In this document: positions 9,867 through 19,922 of the stretch, in pieces | How the letters are laid out: the number at the start of each line of letters is the position of its first letter | Position numbering within the stretch: the first letter of the stretch is position 1 | Assembly: GCA_044229975.1 (NCBI GenBank) | Contig: JBGARZ010000031.1 | Span: 1-42,946, forward strand | Direction: 5' to 3' | DNA length: 42,946 bases | DNA from: Polyangiales bacterium | Lineage (GTDB): Bacteria; Myxococcota_A; Polyangia; Polyangiales; Ga0077539 | Notes under the pieces: model-generated | Seen by the model: only the letters and a program-made list of their open reading frames with translations | The model's database searches: none | Told to the model about the DNA's origin: nothing | Position numbers and translations under genes: made by a program

Positions 9867-10475
9867 ATGCACATCACGAAGTACGATCACGCGCCGCGAC
9901 TCCCTGATGGGGAGACGGTTGACCTCGACACGCTGGTCCCGGGCGGAGGCGGAGTGTTTCTGGAGGTGGGTCCCGGGCGCGGTGGCTTCGCGCTGGGGTA
10001 CGCGGCGCTGCACCCGACGACGCGCTTCGTGGCGATGGAGATACGCCGCAAGCTGGCGGCGGTGCTCGACGAGCGCTTGCAGAAGAAGGGCTTCACTCAC
10101 GCGCGCTGCTACGCGGAGGACGCGGGCCTCGCGCTGCCGCGGCTGCGCCCGGACGGGTGCGTGGTCGGCGCGGCGGTGCACTTCCCCGACCCGTGGTGGA
10201 AGAAGCGCCACGCCAAGCGGCTGGTGGTGCAGGACTCCTTCCTGGCCGAGCTCGCGCGGCTGATGGCGCCGGGCGCGCTCCTGCTGGTGCAGACCGACGT
10301 GGAAGACCGCGCGGCGGAGTACTTCGAGCGGCTCGCGGCGTGCGCGGCGCTGGAGAATACCGTGGAGGGTATGTTCGCGGAGGAGAGCCCGTTTGCGCCG
10401 GCGCGGTCGAACCGCGAGGTGCGCGCGATGGAAGACGGGCTGCCCATCTATCGGATGGTGTTTCGGAAGCGATGA
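9867..10475 (+). CDS. trmB: tRNA (guanine-N7)-methyltransferase
   Basis: LEVGPGRG SAM motif, HFPDPWWKKRHAKR, QTD; real start MHITKY inside ORF 7968..10475. Confidence 0.9.
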   Translation: MHITKYDHAPRLPDGETVDLDTLVPGGGGVFLEVGPGRGGFALGYAALHPTTRFVAMEIRRKLAAVLDERLQKKGFTHARCYAEDAGLALPRLRPDGCVVGAAVHFPDPWWKKRHAKRLVVQDSFLAELARLMAPGALLLVQTDVEDRAAEYFERLAACAALENTVEGMFAEESPFAPARSNREVRAMEDGLPIYRMVFRKR

Positions 10476-11500
10476 GGGGTCGCGTGCGGCCCGCCGCGCC
10501 CGGCCGCCGCGGGTTGATACACCGCGACACCTGGGCCGACGGCCCCGCGGGGAGGCTGCGCCTACGGTGGACGCTGCCCGAGGGCGACCGGCCCTTTCCG
10601 TGGGTGATGTACCTCCAGGGCTACGCCGCGGGGACGGTGGCCTTTCTGCCCGATGGGGAGATCGACCCGCTGCGGTGTCTGTTGAGAGAGCTCAACGATG
10701 TCGGTTATGCGACGGTGCGCGCGGAGAAGCGGGGGAAGGGCGGGAGCGGCGGTCCGAAGGCCGACGATGCGGGCTTCGAAGAGGAGCACGACGACTTCCG
10801 CGCGGCGTTGGCCGCGGTGGTCGAGACGGAGTGGGTGCGCGGGGAGCGGGGCGTTCTCTTCGGACACTCGTTGGGGGGATTGCACGCGCCGCGGTTGGCG
10901 GCAGGCGTGGCGGCGGTGCGCGGGGTGGCGCTGTACGGCGTCGGGTGGCTGACCTGGGCGGAGTACACCGTGGCCAGCCGACGGCGGATGCTCGCGATGG
11001 CGGGCGTCGACGCGGCGCAGGCGGAGGCGGCGCTGCGGGTACAACAGCGCTTCGACGCGCGGGTGCTGCAAGAGGGCATCGAGCCCGAAGCGGCGCTCGC
11101 GGGGATGGAAGCGCACCGAGGAGTGCTGGGCGTCGACGCGGCGGGGCGGCTGTACGGGCGCACCGGGCGGTACTGGCGCGAGGTGCAGGCGTGCCCGGTG
11201 GCGGGGCCGCTGTTGGCGATGGAGGTTCCGGCGCTGGTGATGTGGGGCAGCAGCGACTGGCTGGCGCAGCGGGACGAACACGTCGCGATGGCCGAGGCGC
11301 TCAACGGAGCGCGAGCGGGGAGCGCACGGTTCGTGGAGGTGGCGGGCGCCGACCACGAGTGGCGCGCGCACGCGACGGCGGAGGCGTCGAGGGCGGCCAA
11401 CTGGACGGGGGACTACGCGCCGGGCGTGGCCGCGGCGCTGGTGGCGTGGTTGCGGGCGCTCACGACGGACCGCGACGAGAGCGGCGAAGCACCGACGTGA
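10472..11500 (+). CDS. Alpha/beta hydrolase
   Basis: GHSLG nucleophile elbow, EKRGKGGS, D (GSSDW), H (GADH); ATGA overlap with trmB stop. Confidence 0.8.
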   Translation: MRGRVRPAAPGRRGLIHRDTWADGPAGRLRLRWTLPEGDRPFPWVMYLQGYAAGTVAFLPDGEIDPLRCLLRELNDVGYATVRAEKRGKGGSGGPKADDAGFEEEHDDFRAALAAVVETEWVRGERGVLFGHSLGGLHAPRLAAGVAAVRGVALYGVGWLTWAEYTVASRRRMLAMAGVDAAQAEAALRVQQRFDARVLQEGIEPEAALAGMEAHRGVLGVDAAGRLYGRTGRYWREVQACPVAGPLLAMEVPALVMWGSSDWLAQRDEHVAMAEALNGARAGSARFVEVAGADHEWRAHATAEASRAANWTGDYAPGVAAALVAWLRALTTDRDESGEAPT

Positions 11501-13391
11501 GCACGGCGAACAGCTCACCGGGCTCGACCGGCTTGGGCACGTGGCTGTTGAAGCCGGCTTGCAGCGCGCGGGTGCGATCCTCCGAGCGGGCGTAGGCGGT
11601 GAGCGCCACGGCCGGGACATCCGACGCAGGGCCCACCGACGCGCGGATGCGGCGCGCGAGCTCGTAGCCGCTCTCGGCGGGCATCCCGACGTCCGACAGG
11701 ACCAGCTCGGGCGGCGCGGCGGTGAAGAGTCGCCACGCCTCCGCGACGTTGGAGGCCACACGAACCTCCGCTCCCGCGCTCTCCAGCAGCGTGCGGATCA
11801 GCTCGCGCGTGTCGTCGTCATCGTCGACCGCGAGCACGCGAACGCCACGGAGCCCGTCCGGGTCTACCGTCAGTGGTGCTTCGGGCGCGACCTCGCGGAT
11901 GGGCGTCCCGTGGGCCGGGCTGCGACGACGCGTGGCCGCGATCGGGAGCCGCACCGTGAAGGTCGCGCCCTTCCCCTCGCCCTCGCTGAAAGCCTCCGCC
12001 GTGCCGCCGTGCATCTCCACGATCTGGCGCACGATCGAGAGCCCCAGCCCGAGGCCACCCTGCGCGCGCGTCGCCCCGCCGTCCGCCTGGCGGAAGCGCT
12101 CGAACACATGCGGAACGAAGGCCGACTCGATGCCCCGCCCCTGGTCGATGACGCTGAGCTCCACCGACGAGTCATGGCGCTCGATCACGACCCGCACCCT
12201 CGCCCCCTTGGGGCTGAACTTCACGGCGTTGGAGAGGAGGTTCCAGGCGACCTGCTGGAGGCGCTCGGGGTCGCCCATCACGAGGCAGTCCGTGGCGAGC
12301 GTCGCGAGGAGCTGCGTCTCCCGCGCCTCGGCCGCCGGTCGCACGGTCTCCAACGCGGCCTCGACCACCGACCGGAGATCGACGGCCTGAACGTCCAGGC
12401 GGAGCTTGCCCGCGAGGATGCGGCTCACGTCGAGCAGGTCTTCGATGAGCTGCGACTGGGCCCGCGCGTTGCGCTCGATGGTCGCGAGCGCGCGCTCCTG
12501 ACGGTCGGGAGGAAGCGTGCCCGATCGCAGGATCTGCACCCACCCGAGCATCGCCGTGAGCGGCGTACGCAGCTCGTGGCTCACCGTCGCGAGAAACTCG
12601 TCGCGCAGCCGACCCGCGTCCTCCGCCTCGCGGCGCGCGGCGCCTTCGGTGACGAGCAGGCGCTCGCGCTCGGCCTCGGCCGCCTTCTGGCGCGTGACGT
12701 CCTTGAAGACCAGCGCCACCTGCCGCAGCTCGGGCGGCCCGACGCGACTTGCATACACGTCGAACCAACGGCCGCCCATGGCGGGCGCGTGATTCTCGAA
12801 GCGGGTGGTCTCGCCGGTGAGCGCGACGCGCCCGTAGAGCTCGAACCACGACGCGTCGAGGTCGGGAACGAGCTCCCGCGCCGTGCGGCCGAGGGCGTTC
12901 TTGAGGCCGGTGTGAACCTCGAAGGCCGCGTTGGTCTCCAGGAAGCGGTAGTCGATGGGACGGTCGTCCGCGTCGAAGAGGAGCTGCATGAGACAGAAGC
13001 CGTCGTCGATGGACTCGAAGAGCGTTCGGTAGCGCTCCTCGCCGCGGCGCAGCGCCTCGGCGTGCGCGCGCCCAGCGTCGGCGACGGCGGCCATCACGAA
13101 CGCGACGAAGCGCCGGAGTTCGGACGACGGGACCTGCACCTTCTCGCGATCGATGGTCTCGAGCACGTCGTCGAGGAGCGCGCCGTACTCCGAGTCCACA
13201 TGCATCGGAGCACCCACGTCGGATGCCGGGGCGCGGAGGGCGAGCGCGGCAGCCTGGACGAAGCCGCTCATGTGCGCGATGAGCTCGGGGGCGACGTCGG
13301 TTCCGGGCGCGAGGCGCGAGGCCACCGAGGCCCGCCAGCGATCGACGAGGCCGGAGAGGTTGGATTCGAGGAGGCCCGCGAGCACGCTCAC
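11460..13391 (-). CDS. Hybrid PAS sensor histidine kinase / response regulator
   Basis: PAS (YRFLETNAAFE), H-box SHELRTPL, N-box NLLSNAVKF, G-boxes DQGRG/GLGLGL, C-terminal receiver (VDDD, SDVGMP, KP); start approximate. Confidence 0.92.
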   Translation of the reverse strand: MSVLAGLLESNLSGLVDRWRASVASRLAPGTDVAPELIAHMSGFVQAAALALRAPASDVGAPMHVDSEYGALLDDVLETIDREKVQVPSSELRRFVAFVMAAVADAGRAHAEALRRGEERYRTLFESIDDGFCLMQLLFDADDRPIDYRFLETNAAFEVHTGLKNALGRTARELVPDLDASWFELYGRVALTGETTRFENHAPAMGGRWFDVYASRVGPPELRQVALVFKDVTRQKAAEAERERLLVTEGAARREAEDAGRLRDEFLATVSHELRTPLTAMLGWVQILRSGTLPPDRQERALATIERNARAQSQLIEDLLDVSRILAGKLRLDVQAVDLRSVVEAALETVRPAAEARETQLLATLATDCLVMGDPERLQQVAWNLLSNAVKFSPKGARVRVVIERHDSSVELSVIDQGRGIESAFVPHVFERFRQADGGATRAQGGLGLGLSIVRQIVEMHGGTAEAFSEGEGKGATFTVRLPIAATRRRSPAHGTPIREVAPEAPLTVDPDGLRGVRVLAVDDDDDTRELIRTLLESAGAEVRVASNVAEAWRLFTAAPPELVLSDVGMPAESGYELARRIRASVGPASDVPAVALTAYARSEDRTRALQAGFNSHVPKPVEPGELFAVLTSVLRRSRRGPS

Positions 13392-13511
13392 CGGGGCTTC
13401 ATCATGCCAAATGGATGAACCTGCCAGTGGGGGGGTGTTGGCTCGGCGACGGACGAACTCCGCCGCGCGACCTACTCCAAACTCCACGCGCTCGCTTATC
13501 CTCGCCGACCG

Positions 13512-14942
13512 ATGCGCCTCTCCTCGCTCCCGCTGCTGGTGTCCATCGTCGCCCTCGGCTGTTCGCGGCGCGCTCCTCCGCCACCGCCGCGCCCCGTGGT
13601 GCAGCCCGAGCCCGTCGCACCAACGCCCGCCGCGGCGCCCCCGGTCGTCGTCGCGCCGCCCCCGCCCGCCGAGGGACCGATCTCGCTCGCGCTCCCGGGC
13701 GGCGTCGAGCTCCCTGGTCTCGTGGGCCGCATCGACCGCCTCCAGATCGCCGCCCAGGGCGACCGCGCTCGCCTCATCGCCGAGCTCTCGGGGCCCGGCG
13801 CACCGGCGCGCATGTCCACCGTCTCCGTCGACGTCAGCGCCGCGGGCGAACCCGCGCCCCCCGCGACGCTCGCCGTCGGCGCGATGGGCGTGCGGATCAT
13901 CGCCACGGCCGCAGCGGCGCCCGACGGGCTCCGCACCCTCACCTTCGGCGTGCGGCACGTCGGCACGGCGTCGGGAGATTTCGGCAACGCGTTTCGCTTC
14001 GCGTTTGGTGGTGGCGCGACCGCGCCGCTGCGCTCGGAGCAGCACCTCCTCGACGTCGACGAGGTCGTCGTGGCGAGCGACGGCGACCGCTGGATGGCCG
14101 CCACCGCGGGCGGCGTCCTCGACTGCTTCGGCACCAAGTGCATCGGCGAAGACCGGCAGACCGCGGGCCTCGCCTACCACCCGCGATCGGGCCACGAAGT
14201 GAGCGTGGTGCTGCCCATCCACGGAACGATGCTCCACCAGACCCTCGCCACCGTCGCCTGCGCGCTCCCGAGCGGCAGCCCCGACGAGGAGGGTCCGTCG
14301 ATGCTGGTCGACCCGGACGACACGCCCATGGAGCGCTGTGGCCCCGTGCGACGCGAGCGGCCCTACGACGTCGCCATCGCCTTCCGCGGCGCGCACGCCT
14401 TCGTGGCGTACCGCACCGCGGCCTCGGTGATGGGCGTGACCCTGACCGACGAGGGCGTCCCGGTGGGCACGCCGGTGACGCTCGGGTTCGGCGAGGTGGG
14501 CGCCCCCACGGTGGCCTGGCGAGGCGACGCGCTCACCGTCGTGTGGGCCCAGCGGGACAGCGCCCGCGCGCCGTACTCCCTCCGCTACATCGAGTGGACC
14601 CGCACCGCGGCGACGCCGACGCCTCCCGCGCCGCGCGCCCTCGTGACGGGCACGACATCGGCCTTCGCCCCGTCGCTGGTGACGGTGGGCGACCGCCGCG
14701 TGCTGGCCTGGATGGAGGGCGACGACCGCAACGCCGCCGTGCGCGTGTCCTCGACGGCCCTCGGCCCCGAGCACCTCGCCGACCACGCCGTCACCGTGTC
14801 CGCGCCCACCGCCCATGCGCGCGACCCCGAGCTCGCCGTCGCGGGCGACCGCGCGTGGATGGCGTGGAGCGAGTACGCCGCCGGACAGCGTCGCGACCAG
14901 GGCAACGGTCACGTGCGCGTCTCGCCGCTGCGCACGCCGTGA
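13512..14942 (+). CDS. Hypothetical lipoprotein, Pro-rich linker and possible beta-propeller C-terminus
   Basis: Lipobox ALGC; repeated P.LA..G...VAW motifs. Confidence 0.6.
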   Translation: MRLSSLPLLVSIVALGCSRRAPPPPPRPVVQPEPVAPTPAAAPPVVVAPPPPAEGPISLALPGGVELPGLVGRIDRLQIAAQGDRARLIAELSGPGAPARMSTVSVDVSAAGEPAPPATLAVGAMGVRIIATAAAAPDGLRTLTFGVRHVGTASGDFGNAFRFAFGGGATAPLRSEQHLLDVDEVVVASDGDRWMAATAGGVLDCFGTKCIGEDRQTAGLAYHPRSGHEVSVVLPIHGTMLHQTLATVACALPSGSPDEEGPSMLVDPDDTPMERCGPVRRERPYDVAIAFRGAHAFVAYRTAASVMGVTLTDEGVPVGTPVTLGFGEVGAPTVAWRGDALTVVWAQRDSARAPYSLRYIEWTRTAATPTPPAPRALVTGTTSAFAPSLVTVGDRRVLAWMEGDDRNAAVRVSSTALGPEHLADHAVTVSAPTAHARDPELAVAGDRAWMAWSEYAAGQRRDQGNGHVRVSPLRTP

Positions 14943-14946
14943 CGGT

Positions 14947-16050
14947 TTACGGGCTGGTGTAACCGTCGGCCACGCGGGTGCGGTTGCGGGTGACCGCGAC
15001 GCCCTGACGAAGTGCCTGCTCGGTGGGCATCCGCAGGTGGTCGAGGGTCCACCGGACGCGCGCACCGATCGGCAGCGTGAGGGTCACCTCGCGGACCGTG
15101 TCGCCGTGGGGCGGAGGGAGGCGTGAGTCCGCCGACTGATGGCGGCGGCCCGAGCTCGTGGCGCCGTAGCTGCGGGTGAAGCGAGCGACGCGCTGGGTGG
15201 TCTCGTCGCCGTCGATCCAGGCGGTGAGCTCGGCCTGGCGGAAGAGGTCGCCCGTCGGAAACGCGTGGCCGATGTCACCCGGTCGCAACGTCGCGCGCAC
15301 CGTGAGCGCGGTGGCCGTGCGGGTGGCGCGAACATCGACACGAACCGCCCGCCGCAGGAGGTCGGCGTCGAGGCCGGGGAAGGTGTGGGACCGGTAGCGC
15401 TGACCGTGGGCATCCGTGCGCCAGGGCATGTGGCAGTGCTGGCAGGGCTGACCGCGCGCGGCGGCGTCACTGCGCGACCACTCGCCCCAGGTGTCCTGCA
15501 TGGGCTCGCCCGACGGGGTCGCGCCCGCGTGCGGAACGGCGGGGAAATCAAACTGGTGACACCCCGCGCAGAAGGCGCTCGTCGCGAGGTCGGCGCGCAC
15601 TGTCAACGGATGCGGATCGGCCATGGGCGCAGCGTCACCGCGGCCCGCGCCGGTGCCGAGGACGTGACCGTCGCGCACGTGGCAGACCGCGCAGGAGACG
15701 CCTTCGCGGGCGGCGCGGGCGTCGGGTTCGGGCGCTCCAGCGGCCATGAGCGGCGCGTGGCAGTTGCGACAGAAGGCGTCGGGTTCGGTGCGGTAGGAGG
15801 CCTGGAAGACGTCGTCGCGCCAGGAGTGGGCGTGGAGCGAGGCGCGCCACTCGGCGGCGATGGCGGCGTGGCAGGCGGCGCAGTCGTCGGCGTCGAGGCC
15901 GCGCAGGGGCGACGGCGCGGGCCCGGTGACCACCGGAGCGGCGCCGCCGTGGAAGAGCGCGGACGGCAGCGGCGGACGGCGCTGGGCGAAGGCGAGCGAG
16001 AGACCGAGGAGCGTCGCGAGGAGGACGAGGAGGTGGGCGCGACGAAGCAT
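14947..16050 (-). CDS. Exported multiheme c-type cytochrome (5 CxxCH; c554-like N-terminus)
   Basis: CAACH, CRNCH, CAVCH, CAGCH, CQHCH; EW..S.HA motif; GHAFPTG; signal peptide. Confidence 0.88.
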   Translation of the reverse strand: MLRRAHLLVLLATLLGLSLAFAQRRPPLPSALFHGGAAPVVTGPAPSPLRGLDADDCAACHAAIAAEWRASLHAHSWRDDVFQASYRTEPDAFCRNCHAPLMAAGAPEPDARAAREGVSCAVCHVRDGHVLGTGAGRGDAAPMADPHPLTVRADLATSAFCAGCHQFDFPAVPHAGATPSGEPMQDTWGEWSRSDAAARGQPCQHCHMPWRTDAHGQRYRSHTFPGLDADLLRRAVRVDVRATRTATALTVRATLRPGDIGHAFPTGDLFRQAELTAWIDGDETTQRVARFTRSYGATSSGRRHQSADSRLPPPHGDTVREVTLTLPIGARVRWTLDHLRMPTEQALRQGVAVTRNRTRVADGYTSP

Positions 16051-16054
16051 CGGG

Positions 16055-17533
16055 TCAGCGCGCGATGGCGTACACCGGGGCGCCGGTCACGAGCACCTCG
16101 CCCGCGCTTCGCTCGACGGCGGCGCCCATCATGTCGACGAGCTGTGTGGCCTCGGCGGGCGGCGACCATCGCCACGGCGCCGCTTCGTCATCGGCGCGCC
16201 ACGCGGCCCACGCACGATGGCCGCTCGCGTCGGTGAGCGTGAGCACATGCACGTCGTCGGGCGCTCCGTCGACGGCAACGCGCGACGTCACATGGAAGGC
16301 GCCCAACGCAGTGAAGAGCGCACGCAGCGAGAGGGCCGAGCGCTTGGGCTCGGGGTCGACGTCGTCGGCGGTGTTGGGGTCGTAGCGGTAGACGCCGAAG
16401 TAGTCCTCGGGGACGAGGTCGCCGCGGCCGTTGCCGTCACCGAGCTCGTAGATCCACACGCCGTCGACGCCCGACAGCGCCGAGAGCAGCACCGTTCGAA
16501 CGAGGTAGCGCGCCTGCTTCTCCTCGGTGACGACGGCGGTGACGGGCCAGCCGACCTCGGTGATCCAGAGGGGGCGGGCGAGGTCGTAGCCGCTGGCGTG
16601 GAGCATCGCGGCGGTCTCTTCGACCTTGTGCACGAGCGACACCTCGTCGCGCCCCTCGAACTCGGGAGAGACCCGCGGCGGATAGAGCGTGTACGCGTGC
16701 AGGGCGTACGCGCCGAGCGCCGGGGCGAGCGTGGGGTTCGCCTCGAAGGCGCTGCGGGCCCACGGGACGCCGCCGGTGATGAGCTGCGGGAGGAAGACCG
16801 TTCCGCCGAAGGCGACGCGGGCCGACGGGTCGGCGGCGACCGCGGCGGCGCGGGCGGCGGACACGAGGCGACCGAAGGCGGGCGGATCACCGCGCAGCGT
16901 CGGGAGCCAGAAGCGGAAGCCGGCGTTGGGTTCGTTCCAGACCTCCCAGTCGCGGACGCGGTCGCGGTAGCGCGCGACGGTGGCGGCGGTGTAGCGGGCG
17001 AAGGTCGCGGGGTCGTCGGGGGCGTAGAAGTCCGTCGCGCCGGGGGCGGCGGAGGCCCAGCGGTTGCCGTAGGCGAGCACCGCGAGCACGTCGATGTTGG
17101 CGGCGCGGCACTCGTCGAGGACGGCGTCGTAGTCGGTCCACGTGAAGGTGCCCATGGTGGGCTCGACGTCGCGCCAGAACACCTCGCGGCGCACCCGATG
17201 GACACCGATCGAACGCAGGGCGCGCAGGGCCCACGCGCGGCGACCGCGGGCGGAGGGAGAGCTGCCGACAGGGAGGTCACGACCCGGGAGCGAGAAGCCA
17301 ACGAGGTCGGCGAGCGGGCGCGGCGACGGCGGCAACGAGCGCCGCGGCGGAAGCACGGGAGGAACATCGTCGGGCAGCACATCGGGTGCAGGCGCGTCGA
17401 TGACGGGGGCGTCGGGCGCGACGTCGACGGACGGCACGTCCGCGGGCGCAAAGATGGGCGGGCGCGCGGGCGGGGCGGTGCACCCGACGAGGAACAGCAG
17501 CGCGGTGGCGGCAGAGCTGGAGCGTCGAGCCAT
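16055..17533 (-). CDS. Clan GH-A glycoside hydrolase lipoprotein (GH5/GH39-like)
   Basis: WEVWNEPN acid/base and LWITEVGW nucleophile motifs; lipobox LVGC. Confidence 0.82.
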   Translation of the reverse strand: MARRSSSAATALLFLVGCTAPPARPPIFAPADVPSVDVAPDAPVIDAPAPDVLPDDVPPVLPPRRSLPPSPRPLADLVGFSLPGRDLPVGSSPSARGRRAWALRALRSIGVHRVRREVFWRDVEPTMGTFTWTDYDAVLDECRAANIDVLAVLAYGNRWASAAPGATDFYAPDDPATFARYTAATVARYRDRVRDWEVWNEPNAGFRFWLPTLRGDPPAFGRLVSAARAAAVAADPSARVAFGGTVFLPQLITGGVPWARSAFEANPTLAPALGAYALHAYTLYPPRVSPEFEGRDEVSLVHKVEETAAMLHASGYDLARPLWITEVGWPVTAVVTEEKQARYLVRTVLLSALSGVDGVWIYELGDGNGRGDLVPEDYFGVYRYDPNTADDVDPEPKRSALSLRALFTALGAFHVTSRVAVDGAPDDVHVLTLTDASGHRAWAAWRADDEAAPWRWSPPAEATQLVDMMGAAVERSAGEVLVTGAPVYAIAR

Positions 17534-17575
17534 CGTGTGGGTTGTACACGACGGTTCGTGTTACCCCATCGCTCC

Positions 17576-18175
17576 ATGAACGAGCTCCTCCCCGGCATCT
17601 TCACCTGGGCGTGGTTCTCCGAACGCCACGGCTACGACTTCAACGGCTACCTGCTGCGCGCGCCCGGCGGCAACGTGTGCGTCGACCCGGTGGAGATGTC
17701 CGACGCTGTCCTCGACGCCCTCGCGCTCGAAGGCGTCTCGCTCGTCGTGATCACCAACCGCAACCACACCCGCGCCAGCAACCGCGTCCGCGAGCGCACC
17801 GGGGCGACCGTCGTCATCCACTCGGCCGACGCACCGCACGCCCGCGCCCAAGGGGCTGTCATCGACCGCGAGCTCTCCTTCGGCGACCGCGCGGGGCCCT
17901 TCGTCGCGCTCGACGCCCACGGCAAGTCGCCCGGCGAGATCGCCCTCCACTGGCCCGAGCGCAACCTCCTCGTGGTGGGTGATGCGTGCGTGGGCAATCC
18001 ACCGGGCGCGTGCGGGCTGCTGCCCGAGAAGGTCATCGACGACGTCGCGGCCCTCAAGCTGAGCCTCGCGCGACTGGCCACGGTGGACTTCGACACGCTG
18101 CTGCTCGGCGACGGCGTGGCGCTCACCACGGGCGGGCGCGCGGCGCTCTCGGCGCTCGTGGCGACCTTCGGCTGA
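17576..18175 (+). CDS. Metallo-beta-lactamase-fold protein (degenerate metal motif)
   Basis: VDP, ITNRNH, GKSPGE, VVGD, LLGDG pattern; start MNELLPG inside ORF 15860..18175. Confidence 0.7.
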   Translation: MNELLPGIFTWAWFSERHGYDFNGYLLRAPGGNVCVDPVEMSDAVLDALALEGVSLVVITNRNHTRASNRVRERTGATVVIHSADAPHARAQGAVIDRELSFGDRAGPFVALDAHGKSPGEIALHWPERNLLVVGDACVGNPPGACGLLPEKVIDDVAALKLSLARLATVDFDTLLLGDGVALTTGGRAALSALVATFG

Positions 18176-18184
18176 GGCGCACTG

Positions 18185-18859
18185 ATGGCGAAGCCCACGC
18201 TCGCGGCGGCGGTGAAGGCGGTGCAGCGCGACGGGGTGCTGCTGGTGTTCCCGATGGACAACCGGGAGGGCCTGGCCTCGTTGTGGAGTCGGCTGCACCC
18301 GGGCGAGGTGATGCGCTGGACCTGGGACGATGGCGGTGACCAGCGGGTGTTCGACCTGTGGCACCTGCGCGCGAAGCTCATGATGTCGCGCAAGGTCGTG
18401 TACGCGAAGTGGTTTCGCGGGAGGGCGACGGTGTTCGCGGCGGAGGTGTTCGCGGCGATGCTGTGCGCGCTGCGCGACGGGCGCGACCTGCGCGCGGGGC
18501 TGCTGCCCGAGGCGAAGGCCATCATGGAAGCGCTCGACGAGAACTCGCCGGTCTCCACCAAGGAGCTGCGGCGGCTCACCGACCTCCAGGGGAAGTTCCA
18601 CGAGAAGGCGTGGTCGAAGGCGACCGCGCAGCTCTGGTCGCGGCTGTTGATCGTGGGCTACGGCGAGGTGGCGGACGGGGCGTTTCCGTCGCTGGCCATG
18701 GGCTCGACGGAGTCGCTCTTCGACGACCTGTGGGCCGACGCGGGCGCGATGCTCCCGGCCGACGCGCACGCGACGCTGGTCAAGCGGCTCGGGACGGAGT
18801 CGCCGTTCTATCGGCAGTTCGAGAAGACGCGGAAGGAGCTGCGCGCGGAGCGCGGTTGA
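18185..18859 (+). CDS. Hypothetical protein, AlkZ-related/winged-helix-like
   Basis: SLW, VVYAKWFRGRATV, STKELRR..., KA...L...LLIV segments resemble AlkZ-related wHTH proteins; family call tentative. Confidence 0.5.
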   Translation: MAKPTLAAAVKAVQRDGVLLVFPMDNREGLASLWSRLHPGEVMRWTWDDGGDQRVFDLWHLRAKLMMSRKVVYAKWFRGRATVFAAEVFAAMLCALRDGRDLRAGLLPEAKAIMEALDENSPVSTKELRRLTDLQGKFHEKAWSKATAQLWSRLLIVGYGEVADGAFPSLAMGSTESLFDDLWADAGAMLPADAHATLVKRLGTESPFYRQFEKTRKELRAERG

Positions 18860-18870
18860 GCCCGCTGTGC

Positions 18871-19098
18871 GCCGGAGTTCGCGGGACCGCATTGCGAGTG
18901 CGTGCAGTCGCTCACTCCGGGCTATTTCAGGTGGTCACCCCGCTGCGCGAGGTTGCAGCGACTCGCGGTTGGTGATGAACAGATCGCTGGGTTGTTCGTT
19001 GAAATCCGTGCTGCAACCTCGCGCAGCGGGGTGACCACCTGAAATAGCCCGGAGTGAGCGACTGCACGCACTCGCAATGCGGTCCCGCGAACTCCGGC
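18871..19098. repeat. Long perfect inverted repeat (89-bp arms, 50-nt loop), REPIN/MITE-like
   Basis: 18871-18959 is the exact reverse complement of 19010-19098; extends 5 bp further (GCTGT/ACAGC) across a 2-nt bulge. Confidence 0.95.
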
Positions 19099-19107
19099 AC
19101 AGCCCCG

Positions 19108-19869
19108 TCAGTCGATGACCGTGCCGACGTCCTCGCCGCGCAGCACGCGCTCGACGTTGCCGTGCTCGCCCAGCTTGAACACCCGAATGGGCAGCTTGTT
19201 GTCGCGGCACAGCGTCACGGCCGTGGTGTCCATCACGCCGATCTTCTGCGTGATGAACTCATCGAAGCTCAGCCGCGGGAAGAACTTCGCGTCGGCGTTC
19301 TTCTTCGGGTCGCTGTCGTAGACGCCGTCGACCTTGGTGGCCTTGCACAGCGCGTCGGCGTGGATCTCCATCGCCCGCAGCGCCGCCGCCGTGTCCGTCG
19401 AGAAGTACGGGTTGCCCGTGCCCGCCGCGAAGATCACCACCCTCCCCTTCTCCAGGTGACGCACCGCCCGCCGACGGATGTACGGCTCGGCCACCTTGGG
19501 CATCTCGATCGCCGTCTGCACCCGCGTCGGAACGCCCCGCTTCTCCAGCGCGTCTTGCAGCGCGAGGGCGTTCATCACGGTGGCCAGCATGCCCATGGAG
19601 TCGGCGGTGGAGCGGTCCATCCCCGAGGCGCTGCCGCGCAGACCGCGGAAGATGTTGCCGCCGCCGACCACGAGCGCGAGCTGCACGCCGAGGGTGCGCC
19701 ACACATGGGCGAGCTCATCGGCCAGCTCGCCGATCGCCGCGGGGTCGAGGCCGAAGCCTCCCTCCTGCGAGCAGAGCGCCTCGCCCGACATCTTCAGCAG
19801 GATTCGGCGGTACTTCACGCCCGGGGCGGGCGGCGGCGGAGCGATGGTGCGGAGGTCGGTGGGGTTCAT
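19108..19869 (-). CDS. pyrH: UMP kinase
   Basis: [50 protein letters not shown]. Confidence 0.97.
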   Translation of the reverse strand: MNPTDLRTIAPPPPAPGVKYRRILLKMSGEALCSQEGGFGLDPAAIGELADELAHVWRTLGVQLALVVGGGNIFRGLRGSASGMDRSTADSMGMLATVMNALALQDALEKRGVPTRVQTAIEMPKVAEPYIRRRAVRHLEKGRVVIFAAGTGNPYFSTDTAAALRAMEIHADALCKATKVDGVYDSDPKKNADAKFFPRLSFDEFITQKIGVMDTTAVTLCRDNKLPIRVFKLGEHGNVERVLRGEDVGTVID

Positions 19870-19922
19870 CGGGCCGCACGACTACCGCACGACCCGGTGG
19901 GCTCACAAGCGGGGCGGAGCCT

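Noticed and set aside
7968..10475. Apparent large fusion proteins (835-aa TrmB; likewise 1201-aa kinase, 771-aa MBL, 548-aa Pth, 842-aa GlpA)
   Set aside because: The N-terminal extensions are open shadow frames over opposite-strand genes; internal starts give normal-length proteins
18871..19098. Autonomous IS element or simple intrinsic terminator
   Set aside because: No transposase between the arms; stem much too long and no U-tract
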